The notes beneath the pieces were generated by a model. It was not told where the DNA came from and did not search any database. It saw only the letters and a list, made by a program, of their open reading frames with translations. Shown piece after piece: positions 10,293-20,522 of a DNA stretch of 64,000 nucleotides. Source of the stretch: Coleofasciculus chthonoplastes F2-STO-03 (GTDB lineage: Bacteria > Cyanobacteriota > Cyanobacteriia > Cyanobacteriales > Coleofasciculaceae). The stretch's first letter is position 1; each line of letters opens with the position of its first letter. The DNA lies in NCBI GenBank assembly GCA_040222015.1, contig JAVJWO010000030.1, forward strand, positions 1 through 64,000, given 5' to 3'. Made by a program: the position numbers and the translations under genes.

Positions 10293-11780
10293 TTACGCCC
10301 GAATTTCCAGATTGCCCATCATACCCAAATCTTCATGATCAACGATGTGACAATGATAAACAGTTTTACCTGCAAAATCTCGGAAAGGAATGCGAATGCG
10401 GACAGTTTCACCTCTAGGAACTAAAACTGTATCTGTCCAAGCTGGGAAAGGTTCTGATTTTCCGTTGCGGCTGATGACTTGGAATGGATTGGTGTGAATG
10501 TGAAAGGGATGATCCATCATTCCCGTATTCACGATTTCCCAATCTTCAACTGTATTAAGCTGAACTTGGGTATCGATGCGATCGCTCTTGTAAGGTTGAC
10601 CGTTAATTAGAAACACCATGCCCATCCCAGGCTCCATCCCGTGATTGAGCTGAAAGCGTCGCACCTGTTGGGTTTCAGGTAACGTCGGTATGGATAAGAG
10701 TTTGGTGGGTAGAGGAACGGGTTCTACAGCGTTCTCGTAATTGAGAGTAGCTAGAACTGTTGGGGCGTTATCTTCTCTCCCCATCATGCCTTGACCACCA
10801 CCCATCATACCTCTGCCACCCATCATGCCTCTGCCACCCATCATTCCCATTCCGCCTCGATTATAGGGAAGATTCTGCAAAGAATATTGTCCTGGGTTTC
10901 TATCCCCCCGCACCAGCACTTCTGCTCGTTGTCCAGGTGTTAGCAGTAATTCTGACAGTTCTACAGGTTCGGCTAAGGAACCGCCATCTGTAGCAATCAG
11001 ATAAAAGGGATGATTTTCCAGAGACAGCCGATAAAAACGAGACGGGGAAGCATTGAGGATGCGCCATCGGAGTAAACCATTAGCGGGTATGGATAATGTT
11101 GGGTTAAGCTGACCATTAATCGTGATCAGTTGTCCTTCCCGTCCCGTCATCGCTGACATTTGGTTTGAAGGCAACATTCGCCCGTTCTCATCCAGGGCAA
11201 AATCTTGGAAAACCAGGAATTCTTCCTGAGCGGCTTGAATTTCGGGAATGTCATCCAACTCCCCACGCACAATAAATAAACCCGCTAAACCGCCAAATAG
11301 CTGCTCGGCGACTAAACCATGACGATGGGGATGATACCAAAACGTGCCAGCCGGATGGTCTTGGGGAATGGTAAACTCGTAGTCAAATCTTTCTCCCGGC
11401 TCGATGCTGAGAAAGACATTATCCGCATTTCCCGTAACCGGAATGTGCAATCCATGATAATGCAAATTGGTGGGTTGGGAGAGATTGTTGGTGAAGTGGA
11501 TGCGAACGGTATCTCCGGGTTTAGCTTCTAAGCGAGGAGCAGGAATTTGTCCGTTGTAGCTTAAAAGATACGCCTGCTGACCCCCTAAATCAACAGCACC
11601 AGAACTGGCTTCTAGGTCAAGTTCTAGTAAACCATCCCGGCTTTGATGCAGTGAAGATCCGGCAATTGGTGATTTTGAGGTTGGTTTGCTATTTTGTCCG
11701 ATTGCACAGCTTGTTCCTAAAGCCACTCCAGCTCCAGCGACACTTAGAGCTAGAAATGTTCGGCGATTCATCTTTGACAT
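10293..11780 (-). CDS. Tat-exported multicopper oxidase with Met/Gly-rich insert
   Basis: RRTFL Tat motif; Cu ligands HYHG, WYHPH, HPFHIH, HCHIVDHEDLGM; GMMGGR repeats. Confidence 0.93.
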   Translation of the reverse strand: MSKMNRRTFLALSVAGAGVALGTSCAIGQNSKPTSKSPIAGSSLHQSRDGLLELDLEASSGAVDLGGQQAYLLSYNGQIPAPRLEAKPGDTVRIHFTNNLSQPTNLHYHGLHIPVTGNADNVFLSIEPGERFDYEFTIPQDHPAGTFWYHPHRHGLVAEQLFGGLAGLFIVRGELDDIPEIQAAQEEFLVFQDFALDENGRMLPSNQMSAMTGREGQLITINGQLNPTLSIPANGLLRWRILNASPSRFYRLSLENHPFYLIATDGGSLAEPVELSELLLTPGQRAEVLVRGDRNPGQYSLQNLPYNRGGMGMMGGRGMMGGRGMMGGGQGMMGREDNAPTVLATLNYENAVEPVPLPTKLLSIPTLPETQQVRRFQLNHGMEPGMGMVFLINGQPYKSDRIDTQVQLNTVEDWEIVNTGMMDHPFHIHTNPFQVISRNGKSEPFPAWTDTVLVPRGETVRIRIPFRDFAGKTVYHCHIVDHEDLGMMGNLEIRA

Positions 11781-11807
11781 GGTTAATTTGGTTGAGTACG
11801 GCTTTGG

Positions 11808-11885
11808 CTTACTTTTAGTCGGGATCTGGAAAACCTCTCTCCTGCAAGGAGAGAGGCTTTGAATTCTCCCCCTTCCGTGCCAAGA
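11808..11885. repeat. One-ended copy of the MITE at 58527-58776
   Basis: Reverse complement matches the right ~75 bp of the 58527-58776 element. Confidence 0.75.
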
Positions 11886-11934
11886 AACATTCTTTAGTTG
11901 ACACCAAAGGTTGATGGTGTTGCCTCAATCGGAA

Positions 11935-12540
11935 TTAGTAAGACGGATACTTCTGAAAAACCTCAAATTTTCCGTCCTGATTAAACGCCAACACCGCAAA
12001 GGATTCTTTTCTCTCCCCCGCCTCCATTCCCGGACTTCCCAAGGGCATTCCCGGTACAGCAATGCCAGCAATATCAGGCTTTTGCTTAACCAAACGTTTG
12101 ATATCATCAGCAGGTATATGCCCTTCAACGACATAGCCATTCACAATCGCCGTGTGACAGGAGGCGAAATCCTGGGGTACGCCATGTTTTTCTTTAATAG
12201 CGGTCATTTCGTCGGTTTTAGTATCAGTAACCTTAAAACCGTGTTTTTCTAGGTGTTTAATCCATTCTCCACAGCAACCACAGGAGGGACTGCGATACAC
12301 GGCAACTGAGAGCGGTTCTGACAGGGGTTCAGTTTCTTGATCCCAGACACTGCCATTCATGCTAACGGGTTCAGCCGCAACAAGATTGGGTGATTGAGAA
12401 TTGACTCCTTGGCTATTGGTGCTTTTTCCCCACACCCCAACAGTCAAATAGGTCGCTCCCAATACTCCCACGACAGCAACACCCGATAACAGCAGGGGAC
12501 GTGACTGTTGATGCATCCAAGATGTTAGACGTTTGAGCAT
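11935..12540 (-). CDS. DUF411 (CopG-like) metal-binding protein
   Basis: SPSCGCCGEW, SCHTA, EGHIPA and PGMPLGSPGME motifs. Confidence 0.9.
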   Translation of the reverse strand: MLKRLTSWMHQQSRPLLLSGVAVVGVLGATYLTVGVWGKSTNSQGVNSQSPNLVAAEPVSMNGSVWDQETEPLSEPLSVAVYRSPSCGCCGEWIKHLEKHGFKVTDTKTDEMTAIKEKHGVPQDFASCHTAIVNGYVVEGHIPADDIKRLVKQKPDIAGIAVPGMPLGSPGMEAGERKESFAVLAFNQDGKFEVFQKYPSY

Positions 12541-12703
12541 AATTACAACCTCACCATTAATTCTTTGTTTGGGGTTTAGGACTCTACTTTGATTTTAAAC
12601 TCTCCAGTTAGGTGGAGTGTCAACTCAGAGAGACTATTCCCATCGTGGACTTCCCAGACGCGACTTTTGTCAAGAAGGATAGTAACTATCCTCTCAAAAG
12701 CCA

Positions 12704-12720
12704 ATGAAATTAGAATGAAA
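12704..12720 (-). promoter_or_regulatory. CopR-type box for the DUF411-multicopper oxidase operon
   Basis: ATGAAA-ttaga-ATGAAA, i.e. TTTCAT-N5-TTTCAT on the minus strand. Confidence 0.75.
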
Positions 12721-12768
12721 TTATCTTGGCTTTCCCTCTGCTTAATTTATTGGCTAAATCCAGACAGA

Positions 12769-12801
12769 TTTCATCTCCATTTCATCTTGTTTTGGCATAA
12801 T
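12769..12801 (+). promoter_or_regulatory. CopR-type box plus -10 element for the two-component operon
   Basis: TTTCAT-ctcca-TTTCAT followed 10 nt later by CATAAT. Confidence 0.8.
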
Positions 12802-12888
12802 GACAACTGGTAATTCAGTCATCTACCGTGAGTTAGAGTTGTAGTCTAAAAATTGAAGCTTACCCTAAACAGTTGACCGATTAAGTCT

Positions 12889-13596
12889 ATGAGAGTGTTG
12901 CTAGTTGAAGATGAGCCAGACTTGGGGGCTGCCATTAAGCGAGCGTTAAGTCTAGAAAAGTACGTGGTTGATTGGGTTGTTGATGGTACTGAAGCTTGGG
13001 GCTATTTAGAAAACCAGGAAATGCAGTATACGTTGGCTATTTTAGACTGGTTACTACCAGGACTATCGGGACTAGAGCTACTGCGTCGGCTGCGTGCGAA
13101 AAAAAGTTCCTTGCCCGTTTTGATGCTAACCGCAAAAGACCGCTTGGAAGACCGGGTGGCGGGGTTGGATGCGGGAGCAGATGACTATTTAGTCAAGCCG
13201 TTTAGAATGGCAGAGCTGCTAGCCAGAGTTAGGGCACTGCAGCGGCGATCGCCTCAACTCCAACCCCAACAACTTCAAGTGGGAAGCCTGACGCTCGACT
13301 GCGGTACTCGAACAGTTTATCGTGTCGCGGCTAAGGGAGAAAAACGGGAGGTGCCGCTGACTAATAAGGAGTACCAGCTTCTAGAGTATTTCATGAGGCA
13401 TCCCAATCAAGTGGTGACTAGCGACCAAATTCGCAATCAGCTCTGGGAAGTGAGTGCAGAACCGATGAGTAATGTCGTGGCGGCACAAATACGCTTGCTG
13501 CGCCGCAAACTTGAATCAATCGGCTGCGCGATTCCGATTGAAACGGTACATGGTATAGGATACCGTCTTAACCTAGGCAACGATGCGTCAAAATAA
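12889..13596 (+). CDS. rppA: OmpR-family response regulator, CopR/RppA type
   Basis: Receiver (VEDE, DW, KPF) plus winged helix (ETVHGIGY); copper-gene context. Confidence 0.88.
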   Translation: MRVLLVEDEPDLGAAIKRALSLEKYVVDWVVDGTEAWGYLENQEMQYTLAILDWLLPGLSGLELLRRLRAKKSSLPVLMLTAKDRLEDRVAGLDAGADDYLVKPFRMAELLARVRALQRRSPQLQPQQLQVGSLTLDCGTRTVYRVAAKGEKREVPLTNKEYQLLEYFMRHPNQVVTSDQIRNQLWEVSAEPMSNVVAAQIRLLRRKLESIGCAIPIETVHGIGYRLNLGNDASK

Positions 13597-14950
13597 GCTA
13601 TTTAGCCAGACTCGTGGGAAATTGGCACTCTCCTATGCCTTCGTCATGGGTGTCATTTTGAGCCTGTTGGGGTTTGGCGTTTATGAAGCGATCGCTCATG
13701 CTCATTTAATCACTTTAGAGCGGGAGTTAAAATCTGTAGCCGGGACACTCCATGACAGCCTAGAATCAAAACTCAAGCAACCTGGACAAGTAGAGCCAAG
13801 GGTTAGGGATATTTTACCGAATCTTTGTCTAGTGGAGATAAACTGCTCTCCAGCACGGGTGAATGGTGAACGCCACAGGCTCAGTGCTGTTAATCAAGGA
13901 GACTACTACATCCAGCTATTTGATCAGTCAGGCAGTTTGGTGGCGATCGCGGGGGCTGATCCAGCCGGATTACCCCTCGTGTTCAACCTGGAATCTTGGC
14001 AAACTGTATCAGATGAAGAAGGCAATACCTACGAGCAAATTTCCCTATCCCTACATACCGATGATCAGCAGGATTGGGGCTACTTACAGGTAGGGCGTTC
14101 TGTGCAAGACATCAACGACTACATGAGTACAGTGAAATTGATATTGGGATTGGGGTTGCCAATTGCCATGATTCTTGTTGGTGTTGCCAGTTGGGGGTTA
14201 GCGGGGTTGGCAATGCAACCTATTTACAAATCCTACAAGCAGATTCAACAATTTACCGCTGATGCGGCTCACGAGTTGCGAACCCCTGTCGCCGCGACAC
14301 TGGCGACGGTAGAATCGGCTCTATTGATACCCAGCTTGGATGAAAAAGAGGCACGAAACACCCTGGAAATTGTTGAACGACAGAATCGGCGGCTGAGTCA
14401 GTTGGTTGCAGATTTGTTATTTTTGTCTCGCCTGGATCGGCAACCTGTATCGGTGCTACGCCAGAGATGCTGTCTCAATGATTTGGTTAGCGATTTAGTT
14501 GAGGAATTGGCAGCCTTAGCCGTTGCTTCTCAAATAACACTGAGTTCTGAGGTACGAGTGGGAATTCCTCTAGAGGTGATCGGGGATGAGGAACAGCTTT
14601 ATCGCTTAGTTTCTAATTTAATTATTAATGCCATCCAATATACTCCAGTTGGGGGAAACGTAACGGTTATTTTAGACAAGGGTGATCATTATGGGGTGAT
14701 CCAAGTTAAAGATACAGGGATTGGCATTGCCCCAGAAGACCAAAGACAGATTTTTGATCGCTTCTATCGAGTGAATAGCGATCGCTCTCGTCACACGGGG
14801 GGTTCGGGATTAGGCTTGGCTATTGCCCGCGCGATCGCGCAGTCACACCACGGTAGTTTGCAGGTACAGAGTGAATTAGGCGTTGGCAGTATCTTCACCC
14901 TGCGATTGCCTTTAGTGGGAAGTTCCGTGACATCTCCTCAACCAACTTGA
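13583..14950 (+). CDS. rppB: Sensor histidine kinase, CopS/RppB type
   Basis: Two TM segments, DAAHELRTP H-box, N/G1/F/G2 boxes; overlaps the regulator. Confidence 0.88.
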   Translation: MRQNKLFSQTRGKLALSYAFVMGVILSLLGFGVYEAIAHAHLITLERELKSVAGTLHDSLESKLKQPGQVEPRVRDILPNLCLVEINCSPARVNGERHRLSAVNQGDYYIQLFDQSGSLVAIAGADPAGLPLVFNLESWQTVSDEEGNTYEQISLSLHTDDQQDWGYLQVGRSVQDINDYMSTVKLILGLGLPIAMILVGVASWGLAGLAMQPIYKSYKQIQQFTADAAHELRTPVAATLATVESALLIPSLDEKEARNTLEIVERQNRRLSQLVADLLFLSRLDRQPVSVLRQRCCLNDLVSDLVEELAALAVASQITLSSEVRVGIPLEVIGDEEQLYRLVSNLIINAIQYTPVGGNVTVILDKGDHYGVIQVKDTGIGIAPEDQRQIFDRFYRVNSDRSRHTGGSGLGLAIARAIAQSHHGSLQVQSELGVGSIFTLRLPLVGSSVTSPQPT

Positions 14951-14976
14951 GTACAGATGGACGTAACACAAAGTAG

Positions 14977-15210
14977 CTAAATATACACGACAAAATCACC
15001 CTGACTAATTTGACTGACTTGAATTCCAATTAGAGTCGCCAAGACTTCGCCACTGTTCTTAACAGAAATCAAGGTATTGTCTTCAGCTTGGGTGAGCAGC
15101 AGTTGACTGAAGGTTAAACCCGATGCCAAACCCAATACATCTGCACCGACTTGAAAATCAAAAATCGTATCCATTCCGGAATCAGCGATTAATTGAAATT
15201 GATCAGGACT
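14977..15210 (-). pseudogene. C-terminal fragment of an RTX/Ca-binding-type secreted protein
   Basis: DTIFDFQVGADVLGL...VLATLIG..ISQGDF tail; the frame runs up to the REP array at 15211. Confidence 0.65.
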
Positions 15211-15715
15211 GTAGGGGCGACCCGATAAAATTAAAGGTTAGGTGATGTTAATTGAATCCGGCTCTTCGCCCCTACCATTGTTTTTATGGATGCGATGTTA
15301 GATTATTACCAATACCCGACGGAGGGCGACCCGATACCATTAAGGGTTGGGTGATGTTAATTGAATCAGGCGGGTCGCCCCTACGAGAACATCAACGGTT
15401 TCGGGTTTTCTGTCGTGATTGTCAAGATTATTGGGATAATATCGGTTGTAGGGGCGAGTCGCTGCATCAATGTTGGGTGTAAGAATTAACCTATATCGAC
15501 TCGCCCCTGTACCAATGTTGTGTCACATTTCCGATACCCGGCGGAGGGCGACCCGATACCATTAAAGGTTAGGTGATGTTGATTGAATCCGGCTCTTCGC
15601 CCCTACCATTGTTTTTATGTATACGATGTCAGATCATTACCAATACCTGACGGAGGGCGACCCGATACCATTAAAGGTTGGGTAATGTTAATTTAATCGG
15701 GCGGGTCGCCCCTAC
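15211..15715. repeat. Array of five GTAG-REP-like palindromes with an internal ~170-bp duplication
   Basis: GGGCGACCCG...CGCCCCTAC units; 15215-15384 is repeated at about 15546-15715. Confidence 0.85.
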
Positions 15716-15855
15716 CGTAGTTTAAAGGTATCTGGTGTCTGATTTATCCCCATACCGGGATACCATAAGAGGGGCAATGTGGAATCAAAATTGTGTCGTC
15801 GAGTTGATAGAGTAGATCTAGTTCAGGTTGTACAAATTAGATGTACCCAAGCTAA

Positions 15856-17514
15856 GCGGCGGTGATTATCACTCTAACCTTGGTGGGACGGTTTATGGAA
15901 AACCGGGCTAAAGGGGAAACCTCAGAAGCCATCCGTAAGTTGATGGGGTTGCAGGCGAAAACGGCGCGAGTAGTGCGGGATGGTGCAGAGATAGATATTC
16001 CCATTGCCGAGGTTGTGGTAGGCGATGTGATCATCGTCCGCCCTGGGGAAAAAATCCCCGTGGATGGTGAGGTAATTGCTGGTACATCCGCCGTGGATGA
16101 GTCAATGATTACGGGTGAGAGCATCCCGATTAGTAAAGAACCCGGCGATGATGTAATTGGCGCCACGATTAATAAAACGGGTAGCTTCCGGTTTCGCGCC
16201 ACACGAGTGGGGAAAGACACCGCCTTAGCGCAAATTGTCCAACTGGTACAGCAAGCTCAAGGCTCAAAAGCACCGATTCAAAAGCTAGCCGATCAAGTGA
16301 CGGGATGGTTTGTCCCTGGGGTGATTGGAATTGCGATCGCAACCTTCACCATCTGGTTTGACTTGATGGGTAATCTTACCTTAGCTATGATTACGATGGT
16401 CGGTGTCCTGATTATCGCTTGTCCCTGTGCTTTAGGGTTAGCGACTCCCACCTCCGTTACCGTTGGTATTGGTAAGGGAGCAGAAAACGGTATTTTGATT
16501 AAAGGGGCAGATAGTCTGGAACTTGCCCTAAAAATTCAGACCATTGTTCTGGATAAAACAGGTACGATTACCGAAGGCAAACCTGGTGTCACCGATTTTG
16601 TTACGGTGCGAGGCACAGCCAATCACAATGAAATCAATCTACTGCAACTAGCTGGAGCCATTGAACGTAATTCCGAACACCCCTTAGCTGAAGCCGTTGT
16701 CCAGTTTGCTCAACTCCAGACGGGGGAAACGTCACTCCCAGAAACCGAAAACTTTGAAGCTGTGGCGGGAAGTGGGGTTCAAGGGGTGGTTAATCGCCGA
16801 TTGGTGCAAATTGGCACTCAGCGCTGGATGGATGAATTGGGGATTGAAACGTTACCCCTTCAGGCGCAAAAAGTCGCTTGGGAAGAGGCTGGAAAAACGG
16901 CAGTCTTTATCGCCGTTGATAGTCAATTAGAAGGATTAATTGGGATTGCCGATAAAATTAAATCCTCTTCACCGACAGCAATTCGAGCCATGGAACGTAT
17001 GGGGTTAGAAGTGGTGATGCTGACAGGAGATAACCGACGCACCGCTGACGCGATCGCTCAGGAAGCTGGAATCCAGCGTGTATTCGCCGAAGTGCGTCCC
17101 GATCAAAAAGCGGACACCGTGAAAAAGCTGCAAGCTGAGGGCAAAGTGGTAGCAATGGTAGGCGATGGTATTAACGATGCACCCGCTTTAGCCCAAGCTG
17201 ATGTAGGATTAGCCATTGGTACAGGAACCGATGTTGCGATCGCGGCTTCTGACATCACCCTAATTTCCGGCGATCTGATGGGAATTGTCACTGCAATTCG
17301 CCTGAGTCGTGCCACCATGCGGAACATTCGCCAGAATCTCTTCTTTGCCTTTGCTTATAACGCCGCAGGGATTCCCATCGCCGCTGGTATTTTATTTCCA
17401 TTCTTTGGCTGGTTACTTAGCCCCGTTATTGCTGGAGCGGCTATGGCATTTAGTTCAGTCTCCGTTGTAACGAATGCCTTACGCTTGCGTAAATTTCAGA
17501 CCCAAATGAGTTAA
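15856..17514 (+). pseudogene. copA: Cu(I)-translocating P1B-type ATPase, 5'-truncated
   Basis: [34 protein letters not shown] and MAFSS motifs; frame begins abruptly at AAVIITL after an in-frame TAA, so N-terminal metal-binding domain and first helices are missing. Confidence 0.85.
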
Positions 17515-17541
17515 GAACCAGCCACTTTAAAGAGGTGAAAG

Positions 17542-18444
17542 ATGATGAAAACGAAACCTAAACTATTGAACCATGTAATCAATCTGGGATTATTCATGGG
17601 AATAGCGTCAGGAGCAACCGCCACCGAAATGGAAATGCCCGCTAACCCGACGCAACAATTCCGTCGCATCGAACAACCTTTAGGTCTAAAAGTTGGTGTC
17701 ACTCTAGGGGGAATCGCCTTAATTGGTGCAGAACTGTGGTGGTTTTTGGGTAAAAAACGGCAGGTGCAGCAAGCCACTATCCAAGGGAATATTCAGGAAC
17801 TTACGGTTACTGTCGATGGGGGTTATCAACCTGACTACATTGTTGTCCAAGCGGGTCAACCTGTGCGACTTAACTTCTTCCGCCAAGATGCGAATAGTTG
17901 CTTGGAAGAAGTCCTGTTTCCTGATTTTGGAATTGCTGCCAAATTACCGCTCAATCAAACCACTCCCATAGAATTTACTCCACCCAAGTCTGGTGAATAT
18001 GAATTTACCTGTGGGATGAGAATGTATCGGGGAATTGTTGCAGCTTCCTCAGACTCCAGTAATGATTCCGATAGCTCTAAGCATCAACCCCAAGCCACAG
18101 AAACTACGGCAGAGTTAGCGCATGAACCGCCAACTTTAGCTGAATCGGTTCCGGTTGTTGATGGAGTTCAAGAGGTAACAATCAATGTTGAAGGAGGATA
18201 TAAACCAGCGCGAATTGCGGTTCAAGTTGGTAAACCTGTTCGACTGAACTTTTTCCGCAAAGACCAAAGTGAATGCTTGAGCCAAGTTGTATTACCTGAC
18301 TTTGGCATTACCGCCGATTTACCGATCAACGAAACAACAACGGTTGAATTTACGCCCCAAGATGTCGGGGAATATCCATTTACCTGTGGCATGAACATGG
18401 TTCGGGGTGTGGTGGATGTACAAGACTCTATTTCTAGTAATTAA
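17542..18444 (+). CDS. Membrane-anchored protein with two cupredoxin-like (CupA-type) domains
   Basis: Two repeats of V.GGY.P....V..G.PVRLNFFR....C...F.CGM.M..G. Confidence 0.85.
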   Translation: MMKTKPKLLNHVINLGLFMGIASGATATEMEMPANPTQQFRRIEQPLGLKVGVTLGGIALIGAELWWFLGKKRQVQQATIQGNIQELTVTVDGGYQPDYIVVQAGQPVRLNFFRQDANSCLEEVLFPDFGIAAKLPLNQTTPIEFTPPKSGEYEFTCGMRMYRGIVAASSDSSNDSDSSKHQPQATETTAELAHEPPTLAESVPVVDGVQEVTINVEGGYKPARIAVQVGKPVRLNFFRKDQSECLSQVVLPDFGITADLPINETTTVEFTPQDVGEYPFTCGMNMVRGVVDVQDSISSN

Positions 18445-18466
18445 TTCGTCTAAATGAGGTCAAACG

Positions 18467-19339
18467 ATGAACAATAAATCTTTGCTTTACGGCTTTCTTA
18501 GTTTAGCAACCATCGGTACAATTACCGGGTTAGCGATGACCAACCAGAGCCAAGCTGAAGTCCAAATACCCGGAAAAAATTCTCCGGCTCAAATCCAAGA
18601 AAATCGGTCGGGACACAATAATCATCATCTGAAACAATCTGGAAATGCTGCGACTCCCGGTATGGAAATGATGAATCATCACCAAGGCGAACAGCACTTT
18701 ATCCAAATGATGATACATCATTATCAGATGACTGAGGACATGGCAAACCTGGCGTTGGATAAGGCTCAGCGTCCTGAAATTCAACGATTTGCCCAAACTG
18801 TCAAGACAGAACAAAACCGAAAAATTGAGCAACTGAAAACCTGGTATAAACAGTGGTACGGTACCGAAGCGCCTGCGGTATCACAGATGAGGATGCATCC
18901 TGGTGGTAATCAAGATATGCCCATGAATTCGGGTACAGGTATGCATCCTGGTGGTAATCAAGATATGCCCATGAATTCAGGTACAGGTATGCATCCTGGT
19001 GGTAATCAAAATATGCCCATGAATTCAGGTACAGGTATGCATCCTGGTGGTAATCAAAATATGCCCATGCATCAAGGGATGAACATGATGAGCATGATGA
19101 ATAAAATGGGCAATATGAACATGATGGCTGTAGATTTAGACACCCTAAAAAATGCTCCTGACTTTGACAAAGCCTTCATGGAGCAGATGATTCCCCATCA
19201 AAAAATGGCAGTGATGATGGCTGGGATGGTACTGGATAGCAACCGCCCTGAAGTTCGCAATCTGGCACAATCCATTCTCCAGGAAGAGAGTGCTGAAATT
19301 GAACAGATGCGGCAATGGTATCAAACTTGGTATCAATAG
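18467..19339 (+). CDS. copM: DUF305 CopM-like periplasmic Cu-binding protein
   Basis: Signal peptide; FIQMMIHH and FMEQMIPHQ helices; His/Met-rich linker. Confidence 0.8.
   Translation: MNNKSLLYGFLSLATIGTITGLAMTNQSQAEVQIPGKNSPAQIQENRSGHNNHHLKQSGNAATPGMEMMNHHQGEQHFIQMMIHHYQMTEDMANLALDKAQRPEIQRFAQTVKTEQNRKIEQLKTWYKQWYGTEAPAVSQMRMHPGGNQDMPMNSGTGMHPGGNQDMPMNSGTGMHPGGNQNMPMNSGTGMHPGGNQNMPMHQGMNMMSMMNKMGNMNMMAVDLDTLKNAPDFDKAFMEQMIPHQKMAVMMAGMVLDSNRPEVRNLAQSILQEESAEIEQMRQWYQTWYQ
18893..19069 (+). repeat. In-frame 48-bp tandem repeat (MHPGGNQ[DN]MPMNSGTG, ~3.7 copies)
   Basis: Units start at 18893, 18941, 18989 and 19037. Confidence 0.95.
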
Positions 19340-19639
19340 TCTTCCCTCTGGCTTGATGCAATTCAAGCCAGAATTGATCCTTTGTATTCAATGACAATTT
19401 CCTGACTAATACCAAGTTGCAGTCTAAGGTAGAATCTGTCATGCTGAGTGGTTCGTAGTGAGGGCTTTAGCCCTCTCCAGCTAGGCGTTAGAGAACTAAA
19501 GTTCTCACTACAAACCTGATAACGTGGTAGTGCAGCGCCGACTCAAACTGTTACCTATAAAACCTGTTGAACTTGAGACAATTTTTTTAGCGTTTCATTG
19601 AAGCGCTGTAATAGCTATGTAAGCTGTCCTTTCTCTCGT

Positions 19640-19936
19640 TTATTGTTTAGATCGCCTAGAAGCAGACCGACCTGTTTGAAACCACATGATCAATCCCGTA
19701 ACCACTAAAAACAAAAGACCTAGAGCGTTTAAAAATACATATACACTCTCTAAATTGATGCTGCCAAATTTACCACGATGTAGGGCTAATAACCACAGAA
19801 AATCTGTTTCTTTGCCATTGAGGACAGCAACTTGAAAGAGCAAACCTGTGGTTAGCGTCAGCAGCAGGGGAAAAAGCATAATTGGCGCGAGAACGCGATG
19901 TAGTTGGCGCGTGTAGCGTTTGATTAAAACAGACAT
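19640..19936 (-). CDS. Small PepSY-associated TM-type membrane protein
   Basis: RQLHR..APIM..PLLLT..TG and LALHRG motifs, hydrophobic helices. Confidence 0.7.
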   Translation of the reverse strand: MSVLIKRYTRQLHRVLAPIMLFPLLLTLTTGLLFQVAVLNGKETDFLWLLALHRGKFGSINLESVYVFLNALGLLFLVVTGLIMWFQTGRSASRRSKQ

Positions 19937-19946
19937 ATCAGTTCTA

Positions 19947-20309
19947 TCACCTCCGCTGTTTCAAGAAAAATAGCCCCAAGGGAGTACCAATTAACAAGAC
20001 AAAAATTGACTCTCCCAGTCCTGTGGGCATGAGAGTGGACGCTTGGCTAGTCATGGAGTATTCATCAGGAGCCGTTGTAGGCATTAATTCGTTGGGCGTA
20101 TGCGATTGAACGGGGGATTCCACCCTTTGGCTTGGCTGCTCTTGTTCGGCAGTGTGGGAGGTAGAAGCGGGAGTTTTTGAGGTCTGGGAGTGAGGTTCTG
20201 AACCATGTGCCAATAACGGATCGGCTACAAAGGTTAATAACAGCAAACTAATTCCTGTTGTTTTAATGACTGTTCGCACCGATTGTGCCAGTTTCATGGG
20301 AAAATTCAT
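19947..20309 (-). CDS. Exported His-containing hypothetical protein with C-terminal anchor
   Basis: Signal-like N-terminus then AHGSEPH; C-terminal hydrophobic helix and basic tail. Confidence 0.65.
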   Translation of the reverse strand: MNFPMKLAQSVRTVIKTTGISLLLLTFVADPLLAHGSEPHSQTSKTPASTSHTAEQEQPSQRVESPVQSHTPNELMPTTAPDEYSMTSQASTLMPTGLGESIFVLLIGTPLGLFFLKQRR

Positions 20310-20355
20310 GGTGCTTAAATTCCACTTTGCAGTAGCTGAATGAATGAGTTTTTGC

Positions 20356-20389
20356 CATTATGCCAAAAGACTATGAAATTAGCATGAAA
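20356..20389 (-). promoter_or_regulatory. CopR-type box plus -10 for the 20309/19936 genes
   Basis: Minus strand reads TTTCAT-gctaa-TTTCAT-N10-CATAAT. Confidence 0.8.
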
Positions 20390-20522
20390 TCTGTCTGGAT
20401 TTGGCAAAAACTTTCGGCGGTGAACCCTGAATGTAACGTTTGATCAAAATGGATTAGCCCTATGAAAAGAAAACTTGTATTGGGGCTAAGGTTCCCCTAC
20501 TACGAACCTAATCGCAATTTGG

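Noticed and set aside
12661..12674. GACTTTTGTCAAG shared with about 28109, upstream of both response regulators
   Set aside because: Short, resembles common MITE ends; not enough to call an operator
15211..15715. Possible CRISPR array
   Set aside because: Units are long imperfect palindromes with duplicated rather than unique spacers, matching dispersed REP-like copies; no cas genes
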